A DNA stretch of 34,410 bases from Candidatus Krumholzibacteriia bacterium. Lineage in GTDB: Bacteria > Krumholzibacteriota > Krumholzibacteriia > WVZY01. Shown here piece after piece: positions 17,966-27,700 of the stretch; the first letter of the stretch is position 1, and the number at the start of each line of letters is the position of its first letter. Position numbers and translations under genes: made by a program. The stretch spans positions 1 to 34,410 of the forward strand of contig JAZGDW010000048.1 of NCBI GenBank assembly GCA_036478295.1. The letters are read 5' to 3'. The notes under the pieces are model-generated. The model worked only from the letters and a program-made list of their open reading frames with translations. It searched no databases and was not told the origin of the DNA.

Positions 17966-20062
17966 ATGAGACGCTGGGCGATAACAATCCTACTATTTGC
18001 AGCGCTGGCGGCCACCTCGGCCGTCGCCGCCGACAACCCGTTTTTCAGCAAGTGGGGCACGCCATTCGAAGTACCCGACTTCACCCGCATCAAGACCGAG
18101 CACTACATGCCGGCGTTTGAGGCCGCGATGGAGCAGCAACGTGCGGAAATCGACGACATCATCGACAACCCCGACCCGCCCAGCTTCGAGAATACCATCG
18201 AGGTGCTGGAGTACTCGGGCGAGCTGCTCGACAACGTGGCCAACGTGTTCTTCAATCTCCGGTCGACGGATACAAATGACGCAATCGACGAAATCGCCAA
18301 GGATGTTGCACCGAAACTCTCTGCCCTCAATGACGACATCAACCTCAACCCGAAGCTCTTCGCGCGAGTGAAGGCCGTCTACGATGAACGCAAGCGCCTC
18401 GAGCTCAACACCGAGCAGGCGCGTCTGCTCGAGGAGACGTACAAGGGATTCGTCCGCGGCGGCGCCAACCTGTCCGACGACAAGAAGTCGCAGTTGCGGG
18501 AGATCAACGAACGGCTTTCCGTGCTCACGCTCGAGTTTGGAGAGAACGTGCTGGCCGAGAACAACGCCTTCGAGCTGGTGATCGACGACAAGAAGGACCT
18601 GGCCGGTCTCCCCGACAACGTCATCCAGACGGCCACCGAGACGGCCGTCGAGCGCGACCACGCGGGCAAATGGGTATTCACACTTCACAAGGCCAGCATG
18701 ATCCCGTTCATCAGTTATTCGGAACGCCGTGATTTGCGAGAGAAAATCTACCGCGGGTACTTCATGCGCGGCAACAACGGCGACGAGCGCGACAACAAGG
18801 AGATTCTGCAGGAAATGGCGTCACTGCGCGCGAAACGCGCGAAACTCCTCGGCTACAAGACACACGCGCACTACGTGCTGGACGACAACATGGCCAAGAC
18901 GCCGAAGCGCGTGTACGAACTTCTCGACCGCCTGTGGAAGCCCGCACTGAAGCGCGCGAAGGCCGAGCGCGCCGACATGCAGAAGATGATCGAAGAGGAA
19001 GGACACGACTTCAAGCTTGCCTCGTGGGACTGGTGGTACTACGCGGAGAAGGTCAAGAAGGCCAAGTACGATTTCGACGATGAGGTGCTGCGTCCCTACT
19101 TCGAGGTGGAAAACGTTCGCAAGGGAGTGTTCGAGCTGGCCACCCGCCTCTTTGGCATCACCTTCCACGAACGCTTCGACATTCCAAAATACCACGACGA
19201 GGTGCGCACGTTCGAAGTGAAGGACGCGGACGGATCGCTCCTCGCGATCTACCTCATCGACTACCATCCCCGCGCCAGCAAGCGCGGCGGCGCGTGGATG
19301 AGCACCTTCCGCAGCCAGCACAAGGTGAAGGGCGAAAAGGTTATCCCCATCGTCATTAATGTGGCCAACGTCTCGAAACCGACGGCCGATGGGCCGGCGC
19401 TGTTGAGTCTCGACGAGGTTACCACGCTCTTTCACGAGTTCGGCCACGCGCTGCACGGCATGCTCTCCGACTGCACCTACGAGAGCCTTTCCGGCACGTC
19501 GGTGGCGCGTGACTTCGTAGAGATGCCGTCACAAGTGATCGAGAACTGGGCGACGGAACCGGAGGTGCTCAAGTTCTACGCACGCCACCATGAGACCGGG
19601 GAAACCATTCCCGATGAACTGATGGCGAAGATGAAGAACGCCAAGCTGTTCAACCAGGGATTTGCGACCACCGAATATCTCGCCGCCTCGTACCTGGACA
19701 TGGATTGGCATACGCTCACCGACGCGAAGCCTCGTGACGTGTTGTCGTTCGAAAAAAAGTGCCTCGACCGGCTCGGCCTGATTCCGGAAATCATCTCGCG
19801 CTACCGCAGCGGGTACTTCCGGCACATCTTCGCAGGCGGCTACTCGTCAGGGTATTACAGCTACGTGTGGGCGGAGGTCGTCGATGCGGACGCGTTCCAG
19901 GCGTTCAAAGAGAACGGTCTCTTCGACAAAGAGACGGCGACGAAGTTCCGCAAGTATATTCTGGCCCGTGGTGGTACGGAAGAACCGATGGAGCTGTACA
20001 AGAAGTTCCGCGGGCGCGAGCCGAAGATCGAGCCGCTGCTCGAGCGGCGCGGACTCAACTAG
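17966..20062 (+). CDS. dcp: M3A family metallopeptidase (peptidyl-dipeptidase Dcp-like), exported
   Basis: 698 aa with RBS AGGAGG and a signal peptide. Motifs NPFF, WDWWYYAEK, RASKRGGAWM, TLFHEFGHALH (HExxH), DFVEMPSQ and HIFAGGYSSGYYSYVWAEV. Confidence 0.93.
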   Translation: MRRWAITILLFAALAATSAVAADNPFFSKWGTPFEVPDFTRIKTEHYMPAFEAAMEQQRAEIDDIIDNPDPPSFENTIEVLEYSGELLDNVANVFFNLRSTDTNDAIDEIAKDVAPKLSALNDDINLNPKLFARVKAVYDERKRLELNTEQARLLEETYKGFVRGGANLSDDKKSQLREINERLSVLTLEFGENVLAENNAFELVIDDKKDLAGLPDNVIQTATETAVERDHAGKWVFTLHKASMIPFISYSERRDLREKIYRGYFMRGNNGDERDNKEILQEMASLRAKRAKLLGYKTHAHYVLDDNMAKTPKRVYELLDRLWKPALKRAKAERADMQKMIEEEGHDFKLASWDWWYYAEKVKKAKYDFDDEVLRPYFEVENVRKGVFELATRLFGITFHERFDIPKYHDEVRTFEVKDADGSLLAIYLIDYHPRASKRGGAWMSTFRSQHKVKGEKVIPIVINVANVSKPTADGPALLSLDEVTTLFHEFGHALHGMLSDCTYESLSGTSVARDFVEMPSQVIENWATEPEVLKFYARHHETGETIPDELMAKMKNAKLFNQGFATTEYLAASYLDMDWHTLTDAKPRDVLSFEKKCLDRLGLIPEIISRYRSGYFRHIFAGGYSSGYYSYVWAEVVDADAFQAFKENGLFDKETATKFRKYILARGGTEEPMELYKKFRGREPKIEPLLERRGLN

Positions 20063-20135
20063 CGGGTATGATACGTGACCTGCTGCGCACCTGCATTCTG
20101 GATGGGGCGGGATAGCGTGGGACAAGTTGCGCGCG

Positions 20136-20163
20136 GGGGGCGACAGACGATTCTGTCGCCCCC
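20136..20163. repeat. Perfect 12-bp palindrome between convergent genes (REP-like or terminator)
   Basis: GGGGGCGACAGA-CGAT-TCTGTCGCCCCC with no U-tract on either side. The minus strand reads GTGGGGGCGAC... Confidence 0.6.
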
Positions 20164-20182
20164 ACAGTCCTCGAGAAGGCAA

Positions 20183-21619
20183 TCAAAGCTCGTAGAATTT
20201 CCAGTAGATCGTCACGAACGGAGCCTGGAAGTGAACCCCTAAACGGAGCGCCTCCGTGACCAAGTAGGTCAGCCCGAAGTCCAGATCCACCGGTCGGTAG
20301 TCACCCTTCTCCCCTTGTACGGTGAAGGGCGTTTCATCGAAATCGAAATAATCATCCGCCGCGTCTTTGGGTTTGACGAATTTGTTCCCGTTATCGGCAA
20401 ATACCTCGATAAGGAATTTCATCCGCTTGGTCAAGTCATAGTCCATCGCCAGCCAGACCCGGATGGGGATGTCTAGTTGCCACTCGAGATCATCAGTGAG
20501 CTCCGGCTGATCATAAATGAAGGAGTTGGTCGCCGCCCCGAGGTGCCAACCCCACTTGCCCCGCCCGCTGGCAAGGCTCTGTCGCCGGCTCATCACCAGA
20601 TACGCCTCCCAATAGACGTCGTCCTCGTCCGGGTTTTTGAGGACCGTCTCCAAAGCAGGTGCACCGTCCCCATCCAGCCGCTCGCCCGTTTCGGAATTCA
20701 CGATCCAGTGCGTGTATCTTTGCGCTTCTGACCTCACCTTGTGGTGGTTGAAGAGTCTCAACCCCGCGGAAATCGCCCACGCGGACCCACCGTCGGCTCC
20801 ATGAAAGAGTCTGAAAAGAGGGTGCAGGTTCAAGTCGCCGACAAGATCAAACCCGTACTGGGTACGGAGCATGAAATTCTCCGTGAACCCATAGCCCAGG
20901 GATAACCCGCTGAGATAGAGCACGTGGGGTCGCAGGGGGAACGCCGTCGGATCCAGGAATATGTCCGTGAGTTCCTCCGCCGAGAAGAATCGCCGCTTCT
21001 CCTCCGCCCACGTCGACCGTTTGTCCCCGTAATATCGATCCATGGACTGGATGTCCCGCTTGAGCACGGCCGCAGTTCCATACGGCGTTTTCACGGAGAC
21101 CGCGTTGTCGTCTTCTGAAATAACAGGGCCGGTGAAACGCGTATCATCGGACTTCACGATGTCGACTATCTCTTCCAGGATCTTACTATTTGGAACCCGC
21201 AATATTCCCTCGGGCGTGTCAATGACGGCGATACTGTCTCTCTCGATCTTTATGATCGTGCCGCTGATGACATTTCCGTCACGCAGATGGAAGAGCTTGG
21301 ACATCCCCACGGCCAGTGTCGCCGGCCGAGACGGTGGGAAAACCAGCGGGGGATGAATCCTGTGGACTTGCGCGGCCTCTTTTTTTTGCGCGGCTTCCGC
21401 TTTTTGCGCAGCTTTCGCGGCCCTGAGCGCCTTTCTCTTGGGTCTCGCCAGGGAACTGCTGCAATTAATGCAGTACTTGTTCGCCCACTTGTTGACGTAA
21501 TCGTCGACCGGGCAAATGACGGAATCAGGGTGCACTTGCTGTCCATATGCCGAGCTCCATGGGCTAATGACCAGAAGCAGGATGACAGCGAGCAATATGG
21601 TTTCGTGTTTCTTCAACAT
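20183..21619 (-). CDS. Hypothetical exported protein with two tandem small beta-domains and a probable C-terminal outer-membrane beta-barrel
   Basis: 478 aa from ATG 21619 (RBS AAGGAG); a TTG at 21649 overlapping the upstream stop is an alternative start. Signal peptide, and amphipathic aromatic-rich strands ending 'FVTIYWKFYEL'. Confidence 0.75.
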   Translation of the reverse strand: MLKKHETILLAVILLLVISPWSSAYGQQVHPDSVICPVDDYVNKWANKYCINCSSSLARPKRKALRAAKAAQKAEAAQKKEAAQVHRIHPPLVFPPSRPATLAVGMSKLFHLRDGNVISGTIIKIERDSIAVIDTPEGILRVPNSKILEEIVDIVKSDDTRFTGPVISEDDNAVSVKTPYGTAAVLKRDIQSMDRYYGDKRSTWAEEKRRFFSAEELTDIFLDPTAFPLRPHVLYLSGLSLGYGFTENFMLRTQYGFDLVGDLNLHPLFRLFHGADGGSAWAISAGLRLFNHHKVRSEAQRYTHWIVNSETGERLDGDGAPALETVLKNPDEDDVYWEAYLVMSRRQSLASGRGKWGWHLGAATNSFIYDQPELTDDLEWQLDIPIRVWLAMDYDLTKRMKFLIEVFADNGNKFVKPKDAADDYFDFDETPFTVQGEKGDYRPVDLDFGLTYLVTEALRLGVHFQAPFVTIYWKFYEL

Positions 21620-21645
21620 TTTTCTTCTCCTTTTCTCAGGGGTAC

Positions 21646-22191
21646 TCAATCTCCCGCGGACGCCACCAGTCCAATACCGATCAGGACCAGTGTCGCGCCG
21701 CCGACAAACTCCAAAAAACCTCCAAAGCCGCTTCCCGTCTTTATCTCGGGGACCCTGTTTTCCCGCTCGATCGCGTGCCGCAGGAGACGCGTCAGCTCCG
21801 CCCGCGTCATGCTTCCGACCCGGTCAGAATAGTCATCGCCGCCCAAGCGTTCATCCAGCCTGGCGGCGAGTCGATCGACGAGCCAGGCCAGGTCCGCGTC
21901 ACTTAGCCGCAAGCTAACCGGCATCATCACCTCATCTGCCACCAGGGGTTTCCCGACCTGGATTTCCTTTTTCTCCCTCGGCTTGGGGAGCGCGAAGCCG
22001 TCGTTCCAGCAGAATCTCGCGTCCGCTTTGTTCACTTCAAAGCAGTTCGGGCAGACAACGGGCTTGGCCTTCTCCACGGGTTCCTCTTCCGCGGGTTGCT
22101 CGTCCCGAGCGGCCGCGGCGGCCGCGGTCCCGTCGAGCAGAGCCACCGCGAGGCAAACGACAATTCCCTTGAAGAAGATTCGTGATATCAT
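21646..22191 (-). CDS. Hypothetical protein: signal peptide, zinc-ribbon-like motif, C-terminal TM anchor
   Basis: 181 aa with RBS GGGAGG. 'VCPNCFEVNKADARFCWNDGFAL' and C-terminal 'GGFLEFVGGATLVLIGIGLVAS'. Confidence 0.75.
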   Translation of the reverse strand: MISRIFFKGIVVCLAVALLDGTAAAAAARDEQPAEEEPVEKAKPVVCPNCFEVNKADARFCWNDGFALPKPREKKEIQVGKPLVADEVMMPVSLRLSDADLAWLVDRLAARLDERLGGDDYSDRVGSMTRAELTRLLRHAIERENRVPEIKTGSGFGGFLEFVGGATLVLIGIGLVASAGD

Positions 22192-22219
22192 TTTGAAAAC
22201 CTCCCGGCTTCGATCTTGA

Positions 22220-22239
22220 ATATGAGCAACTACTCACGT
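22220..22239. promoter_or_regulatory. Putative TetR operator, copy 1
   Basis: ATATGAGCAACTACTCACGT, an imperfect palindrome (TGAG..CTCA). Its reverse complement closely matches 22429-22447. Confidence 0.55.
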
Positions 22240-22401
22240 TACATAAGTAATTACCGATTTGTCACCAAAAGGTTGGAAGGTATGGTACTGATCCTCGCCG
22301 AACCATCGGGTGATCTGGCGAGCGATAAAATCGTAACTTACGTTATGAATACATATTAGAGGATATCCAAGACGAGTGTCGAGGTGCCACAGCACCGGCA
22401 C

Positions 22402-22447
22402 TTGCCTGCCTGTCGGAAGTGGTGTATGATGTGAGTGATGCTCATAT
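22402..22447 (+). promoter_or_regulatory. tetR promoter with overlapping putative operator, copy 2
   Basis: TTGCCT (22402-22407), 17 bp, TATGAT (22425-22430). ATGTGAGTGATGCTCATAT (22429-22447) covers the predicted start site. Confidence 0.6.
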
Positions 22448-22475
22448 ATAGTCAACGAAGGGGAGGGAGTGTTCT

Positions 22476-23120
22476 ATGCCGGAATCGAATTCCCGCAGGG
22501 TTCCCAAACAGGCCAGGAGTCAGGAGCGCTACGAAGTAATCCTGGACAGGGCAGCCAAGCTATTTCTTGAGAAGGGTTTTAGTGGGACGACCACGAATGA
22601 AATCGCGCGGCGGGCGGACGTCTCCATTGGATCCCTCTACCAGTACTTCGGCAACAAATCGGCGATCGTGGAGGCGTTGACGGGGCGCTATGTTGTATCT
22701 CTCAAGGAGGTTACAGAAGATCTCATCACGATGGATACCGGCGGTCTTCCCACGAGCGCGGCCGTGGACAGGCTCGTGGACCCCATTATCATGTTCCACC
22801 TCAATTACCCGGAGTTCCGCTCGCTGTGGCTTGGGGCGGAGATTTCTCCGGAGTTGCGGTCCGCAATGCGTGCCATGGATGAGGAAGTCCTGGCCCACGT
22901 CCAGGAAGTCCTCGAGGATCGCGTCCCGGGAATCTCACCGGACAGGGCACGGATGGTCGTGACCGTGCTGGGGCTTTCGGTAAAATCTCTACTCGGCCTC
23001 ATTGGGCGTTCGAGCAGCGCCGCGTTCAAGGCCGAGGCCGCGATCGAGACCAAACACATGCTCACGGCCTATATCGACGAACTGGCCCGCGAACAAAAAC
23101 GCCTGGCGGCTCAGGAGTAA
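22476..23120 (+). CDS. TetR/AcrR family transcriptional regulator
   Basis: 214 aa with RBS GGGAGGGAG. 'RRVPKQARSQERYEVILDRAAKLFLEKGFSGTTTNEIARRADVSIGSLYQYFGNK' HTH. Confidence 0.95.
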   Translation: MPESNSRRVPKQARSQERYEVILDRAAKLFLEKGFSGTTTNEIARRADVSIGSLYQYFGNKSAIVEALTGRYVVSLKEVTEDLITMDTGGLPTSAAVDRLVDPIIMFHLNYPEFRSLWLGAEISPELRSAMRAMDEEVLAHVQEVLEDRVPGISPDRARMVVTVLGLSVKSLLGLIGRSSSAAFKAEAAIETKHMLTAYIDELAREQKRLAAQE

Positions 23121-23123
23121 GTG

Positions 23124-23152
23124 TTGAATTACCACCAAACATGTGGTATTAG
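23124..23152 (+). promoter_or_regulatory. Possible promoter with internal inverted repeat for the beta-helix/FG-GAP operon
   Basis: TTGAAT (23124-23129), 17 bp ending TGg, then TATTAG (23147-23152). TACCAC-N7-GTGGTA inverted repeat at 23130-23148. Confidence 0.4.
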
Positions 23153-23218
23153 TAGCAGTTAGAGCGGTCCCCCTCCTGGCCACCCCATGGGGCAGGATCG
23201 TTCCTGATGAGGAGATAT

Positions 23219-24760
23219 ATGAGGCGGCTTACAACATCCTCCTTCGCCTTGATTGTTCTTCTTACCTTTGCCTCTCACCACGCGTCTGCAGCAACCTGGT
23301 ACGTAGAGCCCGATGGGTCCGGCGACGCAGCCACCATCCAGGCGGGAATCGATGCAGCATCACCTGGAGATACCGTGTTGCTTGCTACCGGCGTATTCAA
23401 GGGGCCGGGAAACACCAATGTTGACTTCCTGGGGAAGGGCGTGACGGTGACCTCCGCCTCAGGGCCGGAGTTCACCATTGTCGATTGTGACAGTGCAGCA
23501 CGTGGCTTTCTCTTCCAAAGCGGCGAGGACGCCACATCCGTTCTCTCCCGAATCACGATCCTGAACGGCGTCCATAATTTCTTTGGCGGTGCCATCTTTT
23601 GCCGCAACGCCTCCCCAACCATCACGGGCAATATCCTGATCGAAAACCGGTCGGCGATATTTCAAGGGGGCGCCATCTATTGTGACAGTTCCAGCGCCAT
23701 TATTCACAACAATGCGTTCGAGGGCAACTTCGCCGCGTCTGCAGGCGGCGGCGTGTGGTGTTCGGGCAACTCCACCGTGACTATTGAGGGAAACACCTTT
23801 ACGGGCAATACATCCACTAGCGGGGGTGGTATCGGTGTTGACGATTCCGCACCGGTAATCAGGGGCAATCGCTTCGTCGGCAATGGGGCAACGTTTGGTG
23901 CCGCAATACACCTGTCGACCGGCTCAACGGCGGTGATCGACTCCAACGCATTCGAGTCGAACAGCTCCGGCTCTCACGGGGGGGCCATCCGGTGTCAGAA
24001 TTCTTCACCCATCATCAAGCGCAATACGTTCACAGGAAATGTCGCTGCGGTCGACGGTGGCGCGATCTCCTGCGAAGATAACTCCTTGCCAATGATTAGA
24101 AACAATACGTTCGACGCCAACAACGTGGCCGGCGCCGGTGCGGCAATCTACTGCGCCGATTTCTCGGATGCAAAGATATGGAACAATATCATTGTTAACA
24201 GCTCGGGCGTTCCGGTGGCATCGGCGAATTCGTCGTTTCCTGAAATAGCGTGCTGCGATTTTTTTGGAAACAGCGGTGGGGATAATCTGCCCTTTGACTC
24301 GCGGGACGGCGGCGGGAACTTTAAGGCCGATCCGATGTTCTGTGTTCCTCCGGATAGCGGCTTGCTGTCAATTTCCCCGTGCGCTCCCGGGAACCACCCC
24401 GACGGGTTAGACTGCGGCCGTATAGGCGCCGAGGGCGTCGGCTGTTTTGTCGTCGTCGGTATCGACGATCTCACGCCGCCGGTGTCGTATTCGCTTCACC
24501 AGAACTACCCGAACCCCTTCAACCCCACGACGACGATCGCGTTCGAGTCCGCCCGGTCCGGCATGGTGACACTCCGTGTATTCGACAGCGCGGGCAAACT
24601 TGTTCGGACGCTCGTCGACGGGCACCGGCCCGCAGGCCGGGGTTTGGAAACCTGGGACGGCACGAACAACTCCGGAAACAGGGTGTCGTCGGGCGTGTAT
24701 TTCTACCAACTCAAGGCGCCGGGATATCGACAAACGCGAAAGATGGTGTTTTTGAAGTGA
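23219..24760 (+). CDS. Secreted right-handed parallel beta-helix repeat protein with FlgD-Ig/T9SS-type C-terminal domain
   Basis: 513 aa from ATG 23219 (RBS GAGGAG). Signal peptide, 'TIQAGIDAASPGDTVLL', about 7 'GGAI.C...SP.I..N.F..N' repeats, 'DPMFC...SPC' and terminal 'NYPNPFNP...SSGVYFYQL...TRKMVFLK'. Confidence 0.88.
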   Translation: MRRLTTSSFALIVLLTFASHHASAATWYVEPDGSGDAATIQAGIDAASPGDTVLLATGVFKGPGNTNVDFLGKGVTVTSASGPEFTIVDCDSAARGFLFQSGEDATSVLSRITILNGVHNFFGGAIFCRNASPTITGNILIENRSAIFQGGAIYCDSSSAIIHNNAFEGNFAASAGGGVWCSGNSTVTIEGNTFTGNTSTSGGGIGVDDSAPVIRGNRFVGNGATFGAAIHLSTGSTAVIDSNAFESNSSGSHGGAIRCQNSSPIIKRNTFTGNVAAVDGGAISCEDNSLPMIRNNTFDANNVAGAGAAIYCADFSDAKIWNNIIVNSSGVPVASANSSFPEIACCDFFGNSGGDNLPFDSRDGGGNFKADPMFCVPPDSGLLSISPCAPGNHPDGLDCGRIGAEGVGCFVVVGIDDLTPPVSYSLHQNYPNPFNPTTTIAFESARSGMVTLRVFDSAGKLVRTLVDGHRPAGRGLETWDGTNNSGNRVSSGVYFYQLKAPGYRQTRKMVFLK

Positions 24761-27700
24761 TGCGGCCGAATCGAACCAGCCATGCCCCAACGCACAGACT
24801 AGTTGTGTATGTTGTTGCGACCGTGCTCATGGCGTTTGCGTCGCCTCGCAGCGGAACCGCCCAGGAGTCCACGTATTCGGTCGATCCGCTCTGGTTATCC
24901 AGCCTGGACCGGATTACGAGGGCCGTCGCATTGGGGGACGTGGACGGAGACGGCGACTTGGACCTCGTCTGTGGCAACGGGGGTGACCTCGATCAAAGAA
25001 ACACGCTCTACCTGAACCTGGGAAGTGTGTTCGCGCCGGACACCGCCTGGTCGTCAAGTTTCAGCGATAGCACCTTCGCCGTCGCCCTGGGGGACATCAA
25101 CGGGGACGGAACCCTCGACCTCATCTGTGGAAATTACGGTCAAAAGAACCGGCTGTATTTGAATGTGGGGAATGTGTTTTCGGCCGGCCCCGACTGGGAA
25201 TCGGGCCCGGCCAATAAAACAACGAGTATCATCCTAGGGGACGTGGACGGAGACGGCGATCTCGACCTCGTCTGCGGAAACGAAGGGCAAAGCAACACGG
25301 TCTACCTGAACGTGGGCGGTGTCTTGGAAACGATTCCAGCTTGGCAATCGAGCCCGGCCAAGCGGACGTTGAGCGTCGCCCTGGGTGATGTCGATGGGGA
25401 TGGTAGCCTCGACCTGGTATGCGGGAATAACGCGGACAGCAATACAGTTTACCTGAACTTAGATGGCGTCCTGGACACGATTCCGGCTTGGAAATCAAGC
25501 ACGACGAACCGGACATTCAGTGTCGCGCTGGGCGACATGGATGGCGACGGCGACCTCGACCTGGTTTGCGGAAATGTCAACGCAGAAAACACGCTATTTC
25601 AAAACAACTTCGGCGTCCTCGACACGACAGCGCTCTGGCTTTCTGATCCATTGAACGTCACGACGGCAGTGGCCCTCGGCGACGCCGACGGCGACGGCGA
25701 CCTCGACCTCTTGTGTGGAAACGACGGCCAGCGCAATACGTTCTACCGAAACAATGCCGGCACGCTGGAGACTATGCCGATCTGGCGGTCAGCTCGGGAG
25801 AACGGCACCTTCGGGATAGCCCTCGGGGATGTCGACGGCGACGGCGACCTGGACCTCGTCTGCGGAAACGAACAGGGCGCCAGCCCGAGGAATACGCTCT
25901 ACCGGAACGAGGCGTTCGTCCTGGACACACAGTTCGCGTGGGAGTCGGCGGAAAAGAGGAGCACATTCGGCGTGGCCCTGGGCGATGTGGATAGCGACGG
26001 TGACCTGGATCTCGTCTGCGGGAACGGTGGTGGATTCGATCAGGCCAACACACTTTATGAGAACACCGGAGGCCCGCGGGTGTTTTCAGATACGACGAGT
26101 GCGAGTTGGGATGACGTGAACCCCAGCAGCACGTTCGGTGTAACCCTCGGGGACATCAATGGAGACGGGCGCCTGGACATCGTCTGTGGCAACTCGGGCC
26201 CCCCCGTCGGCCAGACCAACACCGTCTACTTGAACAACGGTGGTTCTTTTTCGACGACGACGGACTGGAATCCGACCCCGATGAGCAACACCGTTCTTAT
26301 CGCTCTCGGCGACGTCGATGGCGACGGCGACCTCGATCTCGCGTGTGGGAATGGTGGCACGGCGTCGCGGGAGAATACACTCTACCTGAACACGGGAAGC
26401 ATGCTCGCGAATACGACGGTGTGGCAGTCGGGACCCGCGGGTGCGACGATCGGAGTGGCCCTCGGTGACGTGGATGGAGATGGGGACCTCGACCTCGTGT
26501 GCGGCAACAATAATGGTCAACAGAATACCCTGTACCTGAACCGCGGCGGCGTCTTCGAGATCTCGCCGGTCTGGTCCTCCGGCAAGCTGAAGGACACGTT
26601 CGGCGTGGCGTTGGGCGACGTCGACGGAGACGGCGACCTCGACCTCGTGTGCGGGAACGCCGGTGCCACGGACGATCAGAGGAATACGCTCTACCTGAAC
26701 GAGTTCGGTGTATTCGCCATACAACCGGTCTGGGAATCGGCCAGAAACCGCAGCAGCACGTTCGGCGTCGCCCTGGGCGATGTCGACGGCGATGGCGACC
26801 TCGACTTCTTCTGCGGGAACGGCGGCACCGATACCGAGCCGAACACGCTCTACCTGAACGAAGCGAGCGACGGGAATTCCCGTGTGTTTTCGCTCGATCC
26901 AGTCTGGTCTTCGACCGAAACACGCACTTCATTCGGCGTGGCCGTCGGGGACGTCGATGGGGATGGAGACCTGGACGTCGTCTACGGCAACGAAAGCCAG
27001 AGCAATACGCTCTATCTCGGCAAAAGGAATCCCGTCTATAAGGGACTTCCCGGCGCCCCCACAAACCATCTACCCAACAATAGTGCATTTCTAGATGGCG
27101 TCGATTTACAGGGACCGGATGCGGGCAACCAGATTCGCGTGACGTTCACGGCAATCGATGTGGAGTCGGACAGCGTCTGGATCGTCGCGGAATACCAGTT
27201 TGAGGGAGATCCCGAGTGGTTTCCCGTGGATAGGCAGCCGTCACGGATCGGCCCGTTTGCCACCTCGCCGGGCGGTGAGATGGGATCGTTCGACTGGGAC
27301 ATCCTGCAGGTGCCCTTCGACAGCCGGGACATCGTCCTGCGCCTCCGGACGATCTCGGTCCCCAGGCGCGTGAGCGTAATCCAGCACGTCGCTTCGTATG
27401 TCAAGGCGGTGGGGTCCATCGCACCCGGCCGGCCGGAGATTACGACCTCTCCCGGAGCGCTTTCCTTTCCAACCGTAAAAACCGGTAATACAACCTTCGC
27501 GGACCTCGTCATTAAGAACTCGGGCACACAGGTCCTGAACGTGGACAGTATTGCGTTGCCTTCGCCGGAAATAACGCTCAAACAACCGAAATCGTTTGCG
27601 CTTGCTCCGGACTCGACGGAAACACTGAGATTTTTTCTCCAACCGCTCTCAGGAACGCCTATTTCGGGTTGGGTTGTTATCACCAGTGACGATCCCATCA

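Noticed and set aside
24379..24759. N-terminal extension of the 1713-aa ORF call
   Set aside because: It overlaps the upstream gene in another frame and is Arg-rich noise. ATG 24760 gives a coupled start and a signal peptide.
24925..27020. CRISPR-like or DGR-like periodic DNA repeats
   Set aside because: The repeats are in-frame protein repeats with synonymous variation and a ~150-nt period. No cas or reverse transcriptase gene is present.
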